A stretch of 248,000 bases of DNA from Rhodosorus marinus CCMP1338 (taxonomy: Eukaryota > Plantae > Rhodophyta). Positions 25,801-40,300 of the stretch are shown here, in pieces. Under the pieces are notes generated by a model that was not told the DNA's origin, made no database searches, and saw only the letters and a list, made by a program, of their open reading frames with translations. Positions within the stretch are counted from its first letter, which is position 1. The number at the start of each line of letters is the position of its first letter. The stretch lies in NCBI GenBank assembly GCA_029953675.1, contig JAMWBK010000008.1, positions 1,632,001 to 1,880,000 on the forward strand. Reading direction: 5' to 3'. Both the position numbers and the translations under genes were made by a program.

Positions 25801-27480
25801 CCTGCAGGTGTCGGACGTCCGCGGTAGACTCGCGGTATGTTGACCTCGGGATTCGACGAATCCAGCGGGAGTCTCTCAAAAGACATGCCCTCCGGCGCTC
25901 CAGTGTCGCCACTCTCACTGGAACTGGTGCTAGGGGCAGACTCCTCCAACACCCCCAGCCGCCTTAGCTCTGGCTTGTAGCGCGAGGTTAGCACGAGGCG
26001 CCTCCCCCGAAGGACGGCCGTACGCACGTGACGCGGGCCTGACCCGAACCGCTCCAACAAAATCCTCTCGATACGGTGAATGCGAAGCCAATGGATGGCT
26101 GCCGCCTTCACGCTGCTCTCCAGCTCGGAGAGCCCGTCAGTCTGCCCCGGGGACAGAAATTGCCCCGAGAAGCGGTCGAACGCGAAATGCAGGGTGACCT
26201 GTGGGTGCGCATGCGATCAGCGGGCGCTCTCAGGCCATGTCCGTGGGCTTGCCCAGTAAGGCATGGAGTAAAGTTGCCGCGTTCGCTGAGACGAGGAAAA
26301 GGACATCCCGACCCTCGTAGTTGGCAAAAATAAAGTCTTCTCGACTGCAGCCCAAGGATTCCGCAAAGATGTTCCGGAAATCGCGCATGTTCGGAACCTG
26401 GCCATGGGTTGCCTGCGGCCGAACGTTCCGCACCCAGAAAAGCTGCAAAGCCGTTTCTGTAGGACCACCCTGAGGCTCTTGTGGTGGTAAGAAACGTACC
26501 ATAGCTGCCGTACGGGCGGCAGTGGTGCCTTTCCGCAGCACCGAGATGTACGAAGGCCCCGCCGTGTGGCGACCACCCGCACCCGCCTGGGCCGGAAGCT
26601 GTTGACCCACGGAGGGCTTGCCGAGGAGCGGAAATTCCGCGCCAGAGGATTGGACTGCTAAGGATGCCGAAACAGCTTCACGCGCCGTCCAAACAGATTC
26701 CCTCAGATTGACCACAGCTGTTTCCTCCAGTCCCCTAGCGAGGAGGCTCGTTTTGGACCCGCTTTCCGCTCCCCGACCTCGCACTGTCCCAAGCGGGCGT
26801 AGCAGTTCCCGCCTATCCCGGGGCAGGTTCATTTTGACTGTCATCCCGATGTTGACTGCCTGGGGCAACCGTTGCCGCACTTCTCGAATTTAAAGTTCCA
26901 CCCAAATTTAAAATTTCCCCCGACATCAGCCCGATTCCAGACAAGCGGGCCGCTGGGTTAGCTGGGGTAGGACACCTAGATCATGGCTGGGGGTGATCGA
27001 GGTCACCCCCTAGATCACCCCCAGCGGTGACGAGCTTGTAACTGCGGAGAGAAGGGTACACACTTGCGTGCCCGAAGCACCCTGCAACTCCACCTGCGTG
27101 GATGAAAGGGCCCGAGCTGAAGCAAAAGTGCTGTCCACCCCCTATGGACACCTCTTCACGGGGAGCCACGCTCCCGAGGGAGCGGGGCGCGGAGAGACCC
27201 CGACCATCACGAGAGGATGTGATGAACAGGATTTTCACCACCGAACACCGACCAAAAAAAAACCCGCAACCCAACGCCACAGGACAGAAAACACCTTAGC
27301 GAACCCACCCAGAAGCTAGAATGCCACTGCAACAAACCACAAAAGCTGGGGGAAGGGCTGCCAGAGGAAGCGCTTCCTACGAAGAGCACTCTCAAACCCG
27401 AGTGCGACTCAAGACGCAACCGAAAAACAACTTAACCCCCCCACTTTCATTCACTTAAGGTATTCTGCTAACATAGAAAC
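25800..27480 (-). mobile_element. Putative 5' region/ORF1 of a non-LTR element
   Basis: GC-rich ORFs 26230..26880 and 25698..26111 separated by one stop, lying directly upstream of CRE-like sequence. Confidence 0.45.
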
Positions 27481-28560
27481 GTGCTTTTTACTGGGCTTTA
27501 CTAGCATAGCCTGAAGCGCTACGCAAGGCGTGAAAAGGAACTAAGAACTAGGGAGGGAAGCGTGCAAACCCAGGCGCCGATGGCGCGCCTTGGCAGGCAT
27601 GCTGCTAGAATAACGCCACAGGGCGGCACTCAAACGCCGTAAAAGCGCCAAGTACTCAGTAGGATGCTCAGCGAAACATTTCCGCAACCACTCTAAACCC
27701 GACTTATCCACATGGCTAAAGCTTTCCACAATGAAAGGCTGGAACCGGTGGGAGCGACCCTCGGAGTAGGACAGACTGGCTATGCTCTCAGCATACCGTC
27801 GTTCCTTCACTCGTCGAAGAGCCGAAGCGGCTGCCAGTCGGCGGCGGGCGGCAGCAGTGAGGTGGGCGCTCGCCACAGGGCATGTAATCGCGAGGTCAAC
27901 ATACTAACATAGCCTGATGCGCTAAGTAAGACGTAAAAGGAAACTAGGGACTAGGAAGAAGAGCATGTAAGCCCAGGCGACGGTGGCGCGCCTCGGCGAG
28001 CATGTTGCTAGAATACCGCCAGAGTGCGATACTTAAACGGCTTATTTACCAGCAGCAGATATTCTTCAGGACGTTCGGTAAAACACTTACGTAGCCACTC
28101 CAAGCTTGACTTTTCCAGATGCCCAAAGGTTTCCACAATGAAATGCTGGAACCTGTGAGACCAGCCCTCTTCCCGGGGAAGACTGGCCATGCTCCCAGCG
28201 TACCGTCGTTCCTTCACACGGCGAAGTACAGAAGCTGCAGCCCCCCTCCGTAGACGGCAGACGGGAGATATGTACCGGACACGGGGCAAGTGACACCGAG
28301 GCCCACATATGCTGAGCGTTTGGCGGCTGCGTACGAAGCCAGGAGATCTGCGATGTAACGAGTAGAGGTGGTTGCAGAGGGTGTACTAGGCGGTGCTGAT
28401 TCCATCTTGCCCGTGCTGTCAACTCTTGTCAAGCGTTCGCTCAGGATGTACTTCCGGCGCGTGTGTCTCTTCGTGCGATGACCTCGCAGTAGTCCGCAGG
28501 AGCCCAGAAAATGGTACCCACATCCGTAGATACGGCTCGTACATCCTTGGCAGTACCTGC
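27480..28560 (-). mobile_element. Two stacked CRE-like 3' fragments (families A and E)
   Basis: ORFs 27541..27876 and 28008..28289 with RLE C-terminal motifs, each followed by the tail. Confidence 0.82.
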
Positions 28561-30910
28561 TTGATGTATTTCACTTGGCTCAACCTAATTGTCTTGAGCT
28601 TTCTATCCCTACGGCCAAATAGTATCGGGCCTCACCCAGATCCTTGATCACGTACAGCTCCGCAAAATGCATCTTTGCCTCTCGTTTGCCTCTCGGGTAG
28701 GCTTTTCCATTCCCATGATGCGAATATCGTCGACATAAACGAACAACACGACCCCCGTTCTCATGTACAGGCAAGGGTCCTTCAGCCGCTGGAAACCTTT
28801 ATTCTTGCTGAGAACCAAGTCAGTCAAGATCGTAAATGATTGACTAACGATTCAATCAACGATCAGCGGAGCGGTCATTGAGATGAGTGTAATCCGGATG
28901 TAAGCGTGAGTGTCATCTAGATGTAAGTGGACTGTCATCCAAATGTAAGTCGCAGTCAGTGAGCTGTTTACAATTAGCAATTGTGGTTTTGCACGCGGGT
29001 AGCTAGTACCTGAGCGTTTCCACAAGGGTATAAATTCGCATCGCTTAGCGTTGTGATTGTTGATCTAGCTTTGAATAAAGAGTAGGAAGTTTCATAGAAT
29101 CTGAAGGTTTACTATACACTGAGGACAGGATATTACATCAGAGGGTCATGAGCCCACGCGTCGACCTGTGGTATCCTGAGGAGGAATTGGCATCAAATTT
29201 AAGTTTGAAGTTTGTTGGTGAAGTGGGAAAATGAAGGAACTAAACACGTTCATTCCGAAGTTCACTCAGGTTTATTCAGAGCCTAACTACCCTGAGAAGC
29301 GAGAGACAAGACGCTGATGACACGCGTCTACAAACCGAAGTTAACGGATGGGAACTACATAGAATGGAGCTTCAGAGTGGAAAAAGCAATTCGAGCGACG
29401 GGAGTAGGAACGGCTCTACAACAACCAACGAATCTAGACGAAAAGGAGGATATGGAGGCACAAAACATCATCGTGAACACCCTCGCATCGACACATATAC
29501 ACCTTGTGATACGGTGCAAAAACGCACAAGAAATGTGGCAAGCACTTGAAAAAGAATTCAACGTTTGACGAAAAACAACAAATAAGTTGAAAGAAGAATT
29601 TTCAGACTTCAAATGAAGGGAGAAAACCCGGAGATAAACTTCCAGAGGATGGAAGAGATAATCTTACACGTATGAACATTTGGCATACAAATAGAAGAAG
29701 AAGAAGAGGTGGTGATAAAACAATTGAACCAAACCAAAGCGATGAACATATTTACAAGTCTCGACATTTCTCCTTTAAAGTCGCTACCGGACGACTTTGA
29801 AACGTTTCCAGTGATGCAGCGTGGCAAGGAGGTATTCTCCTTTTCGTCTGGGATTTTTGGTTGATGTAGAGCTGTTCCTGCTCCCTTCGCCCGAATTGCT
29901 CTTTCCACTCTGAAGCTCCATTCTACAGTAGTTCTCAACAGAAGAAGAAGAGGCGGTGATAAAACTATTGAAGTCGCTACCAGACGAGTTTGAAAAGTTT
30001 CGTTGGCTGCAGCTTGGCAAGGAGATATTTGCGCCAGATTACGAAGCGATTTAAGACTGCAGGCACAGATGACAAGCACTCAACAGAGTCTGACGATGCA
30101 AGCTGGAGTCAAAATCAAGAAATCATGCAACCATTGGGCGAAAAAAGGGCATACAGAAAACGAGTGCCGGAGTAAGGATCCAGCAAAAATGCTCGGCGGT
30201 TGCAGAAGAGACTGGGAAAAAAGATGGCGGCCTTTATGGCAACTCATGAAAACAATGATGAGGCAGAAGGATGGATCATAGATTCAGGCCCGTCAAATCA
30301 CATCTACGCAGATCGCGAGATGTTTCAGTCTTCGAAAACAGGCGCCAGTAACAATTACTACGTTAAACAGCTCTGTTAACAGTAAGAGAGGTTGGAACCG
30401 TGAACAGAGACCAGTGAAGCTGAAATCACCCTCAATGATGTACCCTTTGTTCCCCGATCAAGAAGAAAGTTGATTTCTGTGTCGGGAATCAAAGCAAACG
30501 GCAGTTTCTTGATCGAGGAGGGTGGTTTCCGGATACTAAACAAGCAAGGTGCTTGTGTGGCCACTGACAACGAAGAACAAGGAATCTATATGCTACGTAC
30601 ATTGCACGATCAACCAAAGTGTTTCATAAGTCATGAAGCAATTGGACATCCTGGAGAAAATGCGACGAGGTATCTGAAACCTGGTGTCTACATTCCAGAG
30701 CTGGCGAGTAAACCAGGATGCAAACCGTGTATTAAAGGCAAAATACGCCATGAAAGGCATACACGAGTTGGAGGAAGAGCAAAGAATCCCGGTGAGCTTC
30801 TACACGCGTACCTGTGTGGCCCGATGGAAGTCAGATCTTTTGGGGAAGCTTTCTATTTTCTGGCTGTTGTAGATGACGCAAACAGATACACATGGACACG
30901 TTTGCTCTAG
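28560..30910 (+). mobile_element. Ty1/copia remnant: LTR, PBS, gag, protease, integrase (with a minus-strand RT scrap at 28560-28830)
   Basis: PBS GGTCATGAGCCCA at ~29145; KLTDGNYIEWSFRVE gag; GHPG..CKPCIKGK..LCGPM..VVDDANRYTW integrase; DLGEARYYL RT. Confidence 0.85.
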
Positions 30911-31349
30911 TCGCAGGAAGGAGCACAGGCAGAGGTGGCTACTTTGCCGTAGTTAGCTTCCTGAGTGTATCTTGTCTGCTGTGTTTTGAGATTGGCTTTA
31001 GGTTGAGTTCATGCCTAGGAGAGCTCGTTCAGTGTGGCGTATGAACGCTGCCGTGATGTCGGAGGCGCGTGATGTTCGCCTTCAGTAGTCGTGTTTTACC
31101 CTCGGTGTTTGTTTTTTTCTGTCTCCGAATAAGCACGTTCGTTCAGTCTTTTCATACTCTAGTTCTGGCGCGTTGCATTTTCTGACCTACGTGGGATCAA
31201 ATTCTCGAAGAGTCCTTTCAGTTTGTGGAGTACATCACCGGGCTGGTCTTCCCCGGTTCCTCCGGAGACTCTTTGTCTCGCCAATCCTACTCCCACACTT
31301 CCGTTGGCTGCTCTGATCCAGTAATGCTGCGTTATTTCTAGAAGAACAA

Positions 31350-31800
31350 GCGTGTTTAGTCACACTTGTGGAGACCGTCATTCGAGGGCTAAGAGCCCCG
31401 ACTCCGATTATCCGTTTATTCAGAGCCTAACTACTATAAGAAGCGGGAAACAAGACGCTCATGACGCACATTCAACAATAAAGCAGCGTTCGAACGCCAA
31501 GAGTCAAAATCATCTCCGGGAGCAGGGTATCAAGACCAACTGGGTCGCTACGAAAGAGGCCACGAAACAAGAACCCAAACTATACACTAAACCAAAGCAC
31601 CGGATAATAAACGGATTAAACCGACATGACAACTCCGAGTCGCGAAACGTGGAGTGCGACATCGCCTCAGCATACTGCAACTCTTTCAATCGCCGCATCG
31701 ACCGAGTTGCTGGTACCATGAGACCGAGCGCACGCAGCAAGGCACCTGGTAGCCTGAGGCTGAATCCGCGGCTACCTGGTCAGGTTCGCACTCTCCTCAC
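31350..31800 (-). mobile_element. CRE-like family B 3' fragment
   Basis: LKELQYAEAM..FNPFIIRCFGL plus the family B 3' end. Confidence 0.72.
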
Positions 31801-32079
31801 CGATCAGTTCTGTCTAGGGGCTAGCCAGCAGTCCCGGGTGGCGGATCCTTTTGCAGGTTGCAGAGAACGCGGGCTCCTAAACTTTCATTTCTCTCAAAGG
31901 TTTTGAAAGCGATCCATCCGTTGCTTCTGCATAGAGCTTGATGTTTGTAGAGAAACAAGCCAGTCAGAACGAAAAGTACAGGAGAAGGCATCACTGTCAA
32001 GTCGCCTTTGGGAGATGTCTATTGTTATCAATAGTGCTTTTCACTCTGATGATCACTGTCTGAGCGATTCCACAAGGTT

Positions 32080-34300
32080 ATAAATACACGTCGATTATCA
32101 ATGTGAAGTCAGATCCGACTTTGAATAAAGCAAGTGTAAGTTTGACCGACAGGTTCGTAGGTAATAAAGGCGTCGATCATCCGGAAGAAAATGCTATCAG
32201 GTGTCTCAAAATGGGAGACGACATCCCTGAGCTAGTACGCAAGCCAGGGTGCCAACCATGCATCCAGGGCTTTGTTCGAGATGCACCACTGAGTAGCTAG
32301 CTCCTTCTTGGCAGTTGTGGATGATGGCACAAGGCAGATCTATACATGTCGAGTTTTCTCTCATCCGAGGAGGGCGCGAAAGCGGAGCTGATGATTCTAT
32401 TCGCTATCTAGAAGACCAGTTCTTGCAGGGTCAAGAAATTTCGCACTGGTGACTGAGGCGCCTTCCAAATGTAATTCTGAACCCAGATACCTAAGGAATC
32501 GAAGGTCAGTTGTACCCGCCGTATACACCGAGGCCGAAGGGTGTAGGCCGAGTGATCAACTACACGCTGTCACGAGACGTCCGATATAATCTGCAGACAG
32601 CCGGATGTCGAACGAAGTGTAGGCGTTAAGGACTAATTGCCACCATCTACCTTGGCAATGGAATACCCCAAATAGAACGGGAGTCTACGAAACCCTGTTT
32701 GCCAAAAGCTCTCATAGCTTGATCTCCGATCGCATGAGGTGGTCCAATATGGCTATAATCCCGACGAATCGAAGATCCATCATGTGTGGGTGCGGGAGAA
32801 GAGCAATGTTTTTCGCATCACTATATTTGAAACCTGTATCCCATGACCAACGGCAACGGCTTGTTCTGGCCTGGAGGGGGGCTCTCTGCGCGGTCCTACC
32901 TCGTTGAGGGACCTTAGACACCGATTAAACCGATCTGTCTGTCAGGAAGTGATAGGAATACGTGAAGATACAACTACTCCGCTAAGTGAAGAAGAGAGAA
33001 CTGCGGCGCAATGAGATAGCTGAAACACCAGACGCCGAAGCAGTTTCCGAACAACCCGAAAATCTACTTCCTGAAGAACCAATGCTGGATGAGAACGTTT
33101 AGGTGTGAGAGAGTCTACACGTACATATCAAAAACAAACCTGTCGCTATGGATTGGGATTCGAATCAGAGAAGGTGTATGAAACAAGTTGAGCCCGAGAC
33201 ATACTCGGGTATTCTCAAACGTGAAGACCAGCATTAGTGGCTACCTCCAGTTCAAGCCGAGCTTAAAACAGCCTACTGGAGCACAAGACCTTGGACGAGG
33301 TGGAAGAGATACCCACTGGGAAGAAATTAATCGACGTTAAATGGGTATTGGTGAGAAAGGAGGATGCAAACGGCAGATTGCTCGACTTCAAGAGGCGCGT
33401 GCGGTGACAAAAGCTTACATCCAGCGTTTCGGAGGTGTATCGACTGGGTTGTGATCAGACGTGTGTACCTGTGGTGAGGCTTGAAACACTTCGAGTGCTT
33501 CTATATGCTTGTCTTCGGAGGTCGTACAACCTGGACAGGTTGATTTTCCTACTGCATTCCTCAACGAGAAGTTCATGAGGACATCTACATTGAGGTCCTA
33601 CGACGAACAGACATCAAAGAAGGAGGAGTTCAGTTACATTTGTCCTTATATTGCTCGAAGCAAGCGGCGCCTGCGTGGAATCAGGTAACACTCGAAGGGC
33701 TTCATCCCTCACCGCAGGTACGTAGCATAGTCCACCCTACCATTCTAGTTGTAGCCTTGTACTACCAGAAGCGCCTTGACTAGCGCAACGCAAGCGAGCA
33801 GGGAAGACTTAGATCAACAGACGTGTTCTGGAGACCGTCTGGGTGCTCCACGACCTGATCAGCATCTCTTCGAATGCACCAAGACGCCGAGTAATTGGTG
33901 GAGGAAGCACTGACTTTGGAGGGGTAGAAAGTGTAGAAAACCAGGTGAGACAGGATGATGAAGCAATGAATACCTGAGCGTGTAACGATCATCGGAGCAT
34001 GTAACCATCATCGGAGCAGGTAACGATCATCGGAACAGGTGCAGCCGAAAAGCTTCTCGGCGAAGACGTCGATGGGAGATTTCTAGTTACACACAGCAAC
34101 TTGTGGTTTCTTGACTAAATGTGAACACGCATCGGCATCCTTCAACCGCCGATAGGATAGCTTCCGGCATTTTGCACGCGGGCAGGTGGTATCTGAACGT
34201 TTGTACACGGTTCTAAATACCGAAATGATTGGCACCGTCAAGCAACAAGACACATACCCAACTTTGAATAAAACAGAAGATTGGAGACCATAAAAGGAAT
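32080..34300 (+). mobile_element. Degenerate Ty1/copia integrase-RT remnant (paralog of 9.3-11.5 kb)
   Basis: KPGCQPCIQG motif; long colinear similarity to 9280-11900. Confidence 0.65.
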
Positions 34301-37300
34301 ACACACCCTCTGCCGCGTTGGCGTCAATGGAATGGCATGGGAGAGGTCTCCACAGAGCGCATTTCTCTTTCATAAAAGGAGCCCGATTGAGCAAGACATC
34401 CTTACATTTTCTCCTCTTCGTAGCATTCTTAAGTGCCACAGCCTGTGGTTCCAAACAACATGCCGTTTACATACAGACGGAGCATTCGGAGTTTACACAC
34501 CAAAAGGTTCGCAATCTGAATAGACCTGATCGGATACTCCTCGTTTTAGATATGTACCCCTTCCGTAAGTAAACTCATGAAAAGCCCTTTTCAGGCCGGA
34601 AGTCCAAAAAAATAAATAACACCGACCCCCTCCCCCCCCAACCAGATAGTAGCTCCTTGCCTTCCAAACCTCTGGTCCCTCTGCATCCCATGGCGGCGAT
34701 CCGTTCCAGCAGTCTCTCTCTTGTTGGTTTAAATATTGCCCACAAACCCACAATGTCATTCAGAGTACTTTTAGAACTATATAACTATTTTATTCGATAT
34801 TTCAATATGCTATTGAACGAAAACAAGAATCGCTGATGTCTAAATATAGAAATAGTATTCGAAAAGAGTTTTCTTACCCCCCTAACAGACCCCTGTCACT
34901 TTCGGAAGACATCGAAACCTGGAATCCTTTTAGAATTAGGGAGAATGTCAGGAACTTATAGTCCTATTCACACCCCCCAACTTCAAACGATAGTTCTCCT
35001 TGCTTTCTGAAATCTGATTTAGAAAACCAAATCCTTGTGGGTGTGTGCGCTGCTCTTCTTCGTCGTGCCCTTTTTTTTGGTTTTGTTCGGGAGGTTGCTT
35101 CGAATGGAACCATTGATGAGGAAGTTGTCGCGAGCAGAGTTTCGGTTCTTTCGGGGAGGCCTTCCAAACCTTTGTTTGGGAGGGAGCTGTTTTCTGGACC
35201 GTTCGGGTATTCATCTAGTCATAGGGAGGCCCGCTGGCCGTGGTGAGAGTAGTCCGAGTGGTAGCCGCATCCCACTAGTAGTTTAGTTTCCGCTATGTGG
35301 CTTATCCGAGGAGCTTGTGATGGACAGGGGATTCGTCCGCTGCATTCTGTGCCAGGTAATTCTAAGCCCGTATTTAGACCCGCCTACAAACCTACGCAAG
35401 AGTGCGAGGACCAAGGTCTCAATGACGTAGTGAGGGCTTCGTGGAGTTTCGAGGGGTGAACCAGCTGGTGGTCGCTTCCGCCCAGTCAATTGGGAGGACT
35501 TTTACACTCTGATCCTTGAGGAAGCTGCTCGGTAGGGATTTCTGGCGGTTCCTTAGTGGAGCAAAGCGCATCGTTCCGCCCCTGCAGATGACGTGGGACG
35601 TTCCCAACCCCGAGGCAAATGACGTGGAACGTACCCACTCCCGAGGCAACTAACGTGGAATTTTCCCAAGCTCCATACTCTGAACAGTGTTTATAGTGCA
35701 CATCGCATTTTGGTTCCAACCAGCTCGCACCTTGTAGAAAGTTGTCCATACAGAGAACCTTGCGAAGTTTTCACCTCTGAGTGAATTCTTGCACGCTTCT
35801 GGCCATGCGAGTGCTATGTAGCGAGCCACCACCAAAGAACGAGGGTCTGTTCGGAGCACGGGTCTGTTCGGAGCACTACAAGCAAATAAAAAAACCAAAA
35901 CGGAACTGCCATGAGGCGCGATCGCGCGCCTCCAACATCAAAGCTTGGTCATCCTCGGACATTTCAGCCAGGTCAAGAGGAGGAGAGCTCGTCCAGCACG
36001 CAAAAAAAGCCTTTCTCTTTCAAGCCAAGCTTGGAACCCACCGGAACCAAGCATCGAATATATCGATATTTTCTATTGTAACTCAGTTTCTACGTGGTTG
36101 GAAATCCTTTCAACCTGCCCTTTCCATACGATGACGGCGTATTGGTTAAGAGCTCAAACGGAGAGTAGCACCTTTTGTTTTGCTTTGTTGGCGTCCTATG
36201 GAGTTTCTGCACGCTTGCGGGTAGAAAACCCAAGCCTGCGTGATTGGTTCTCTAATCTTTTTTTGCGGCACAACAGGACCTGGGCCACCAGGGTTGGCTA
36301 CGGGGTTCCATTTCCAACTCGGATGAAGGCGGTTTCGCAATATTTCCTCCAGAACGGGCTGTTCTGACGTGTGGAGGTCTTGAGGTTGTAAGGTGCAAGG
36401 GGGAGAAAAAGATCTAGTCCATTGAGACCGTCCACGCTTCCCTTCGCCACTGAAGCAATGCCATATTCCAAAAGACCGGAGTTCAAAATTATGACTACAC
36501 AGGGATTCATTCATAAAGTCTTTCGGCTACGAGAAATAGTCACACTGGCAGTTGCTTGATTCATCCTGCGTACCACGCTTGGCTTTACTACGAATCTGGA
36601 GGCATACTTTAGCGGGGAATCATCATCACTATGACAGCGGGCCATGGACGTGGTCTACAGAGCCCGTAAGTATCAGCGACCCGACAATCTAGACATACAC
36701 ATCTCCGCATGTGAGGTTCCGCGAACTCCCCCCGTCAGTGTTATGCTCCATCTCGCAAGAGGGGGCGACGCTCGACCGGCGTGGACGAGTGTCCCATTTA
36801 TACGTTTAATCTCCGCTTGAGTAGCCAAAGAGATTTTCGCTGAGAACCGACCTCAATTTACGTAATCGCCATCTAAATCGATGTGGTGATTGAAAACAAC
36901 AACAAAAAAAGGATAAACCAAAAATGAACAGCCAAAAAAAAAAAGTCGGGAGTCCACCACCCAATCAACGAGAAAGGTCCAATCCGTCGATCCGATGTCC
37001 CAATTAAATTTCCGGGTTACGAATTTAACTAAATTTGTTTGAAATAGAAGATGACAATAGTTGACCATTCCGTAGCCGAGGGGGTATCAAAAAAACAAAA
37101 CCAAACAAAAACCCAAGGGATGAAAGTCGAAACTTTGCATCCCGAGTTATTTAATTGAATATCTTTACAAATAGTCCAAAAACTAAGATATTGATTGATC
37201 ACGATATTAACTCCTAAAGAAAATCAGATCAAAGATGTATTAATCTGGTTTTCTTCAAACAATCGAGAAATTGTTTTTAGGTTTCTTTAGCTTTCGGTGG

Positions 37301-40300
37301 ACCCCGTGGAACGAGCATGTCTGCCTCGACAAACGAGGGAAATAAATCTCCAAAACAATAAAATGTAAGGCGAAGGGTGTGTAGTGGATTGGAAAGCCCT
37401 TCCCCTAGAAGTGGATACCTTGCGGAGAAAAAAATAAAAAATCAAGGCTGGACATTTTTTTTCGGGTGAATTCGGTAAACTTTCACGTACTGTTGCGGCC
37501 AAAAATTTAACTATTACATTTTTCGGCGATTCGCCAATGTATAATTAAATTGTCCACGAAAACCTGCGGAATTTTTTTCTTCATATGTTTTTCACTTGTA
37601 AGGCTTAAAAAGTAGGGCTGGGGTTTTCTGCTGGATTCCCCTTTTTTTGGTTACATGAGATTTTTATTGCTGGAGGAGAAAAGAGGTGCGGTTGTTGCAC
37701 TACTTCATTTTGGTTGCTTTCGGGACAAGCACAGCTACAACATTTTTTTTCGGGATTTTTGTTTGGGCCACCCCTCTCTTAGAGCAGCCGAAACGGGAAG
37801 GGGGGGAGGGGGGAAGGGGGAGGATGGGGGCTGGTCGTTTAATTAAATATCTATAACAACTCGAAACCTTTCCATTTTCAAAAGTTTCACAGCGAGCAGA
37901 TTGGTTTATTGCAACATTTCGTTATATCGCTCCTCGAATTGTCCGCGAACATCACCCGACGGTAGAGGAAATGCCTCGAATATTTTTATCATTACCAATT
38001 TTGTCATTTTACACACCTTCAAACGAGCACAAAGTTTCACAGACGAACAAATTTTTTTGATGGAACCTGGTGGTGGTTCAAAACCCATGAGAGGAGCAGG
38101 GTTTGTGGAGGAATGCACTGTGCCAAAGTATTTTTCTTTTTTCTTAGAATGAGTGCAATGTCCCACTAAGTTTGTCTTTCTTTGCTTGGATGCAAGTGAA
38201 TAAATGTTGAAAACAGTACCGAAAATTATTGTTTTCTGATGAACTGTATAAAATTTCAGCCCCTTAAAGCTTACATTGTTGTTTGGACTTCGGGTTGCAT
38301 CGCCCCCCTCTTACGCCCTGCTAAGAGGCCTTGAGACGATTTTCAGGTTGTCGCACAACTTTTTAATTAATTGCGAAAAATCGAGAGTTGTGTACTCGAA
38401 CTCGCACTACGGGGGGGGGGGGGTTCCCTATTGGAAAACTTGAAATCTGGAAACCATTTCAAGAACATGTGGAAGGAGCGTTCTCTCGCGGCTACGTAGA
38501 GGAACGCGTAGAGGAATTAGTGTTAAGAGGAACTCGCGAAGTTAATCAGCCTACCACTGGGTTAAAAGACGCACAGGCCCAATTCGGCGGCATGGACCAG
38601 TGCATAGAAACTTCTCGTCCGCGGATTCTTTGTAACCCAAGGGGCTCGGGTTCCAAAGAATTATGTTGCTATTTTCTATATGTTGGAATCGCAAAGGAAT
38701 TTTGGATACTCTTGACGATACGAAGAGGATCGAGATGTCGGGAAAATTGGTACCCAGGGACTGCTCCAAAGTTTAGGGAGCTGCGCTGTAAATGAGACGT
38801 GGACAACACATCCCGCCCGGATGTTGTCAGTTCCGATCGCGATACATCACCAGAAGCCGACTTCAAATCTGAATTTACGTAGTGGCACCTTGTTACATAT
38901 TGAGTGTCGTTGTTCGGACGAAGAAAAAATCGTGCGAGAAAAGTTGGCAGGCCGTTCCCCGGTGCTTCCGTCCTACGAACAATATTCCATAGATGTTCCG
39001 CGATTGCGACGAAAAGTGGCATACTCGGTTTCCACACCACCACCGACAAGCCTAGGTTGTGGGCTGCGCCGTCGTCCCACACTTTCCCAAAACGGACATG
39101 TGATCGGACCCTAAATCAGCCGGAACGGGAAGCCGACGTTTATTGAATATCCATAAAAATATACCCACTCCGGCGCCTTCCCAACCCTCTCCACATATTC
39201 AGTAAATCCATCCAATCCTCTGATTCGAAGTCAAGGTTTTTTCCAGTAGGTTCTGGTGAATATCTTCGCAAAAAAATTTTATCCACTCCCAAAAATAGAT
39301 TTGCTTTATTCTTTTAATTTTCGCATGCGCCGTGATTGGAGAAATTAACCTCGACATTCGTCGATCAGAATTGCCAATCTACGGCAAATTCGCGCGGAAT
39401 TTTTGACGCGGACTAAATTAGGATATTTGAACCGATTAACGGATAGATTTGGGATTCGTTTGGATGCTGGGATATGCTTTGACATTCAAAAATATGCACT
39501 TTGGAGGTTGGAAGAAATAGCTCCCATCTCCATTTCCTCCAAAAAAATCCTAGAGTAGAAAAGCGCTGGAACACGCTCGACACACAATTTTCTTGGCTAC
39601 TCACCCCTCCCATGTTACTGTTTTTGTACTTCCTCTCGAGAGGTATTGTTTTTGGAAGGTACGGTGGACACAAGCGAGAACGTAGGTGAAAGCTGACACA
39701 AACGTATTTTCGTTTTAATGTTTAAATGATTCTAAACGCCAAAAATTTCCCAGCGCAAGTGGAAGAACGATGAGAAAACGTCAAAAAAAATCTGGATGCG
39801 ATATTTAAGGGGGGTGAGTGAGATCTGCCGTCTGTACGAAATTAATGTTAATGCCTTTTATTTGATTATCCAAACAACTCGGGCTGGAATTGATAGTTAC
39901 TGCTCACCCACGACATCTTTCCCAATCGGTGGTAGAAAGTGCGAAGGAAGGGGGCGCCAGGGGAGGGGAAGGGGTTGCGGAGAAAGTTGAAAGCTTTCGT
40001 TTACGCTTCCTCTACCAGCCCGGGTAGAGGAAGCTATTATCGAATTTGATGCACTGTGGGAATAGACCTTTTTTTCGTGAAATGGAAAGCCCGATTATCT
40101 TCGAGCATAGCCGATATTCTCTCACAATACGATTTGCTTCTGGTTGGAGGCTGCGGAAAAGTTGGCCGATCAAGAATTGGTTCGCTCCGTAGAGGGAGAA
40201 GCTTCTTTGGAAGTATCAGCAGCCACCAACGAGTGGGATAAATATAATTTTGTTTTTGCTGTCGTGTAGTAAAACAATTTTGTATTAGATTTGTTAGCGA

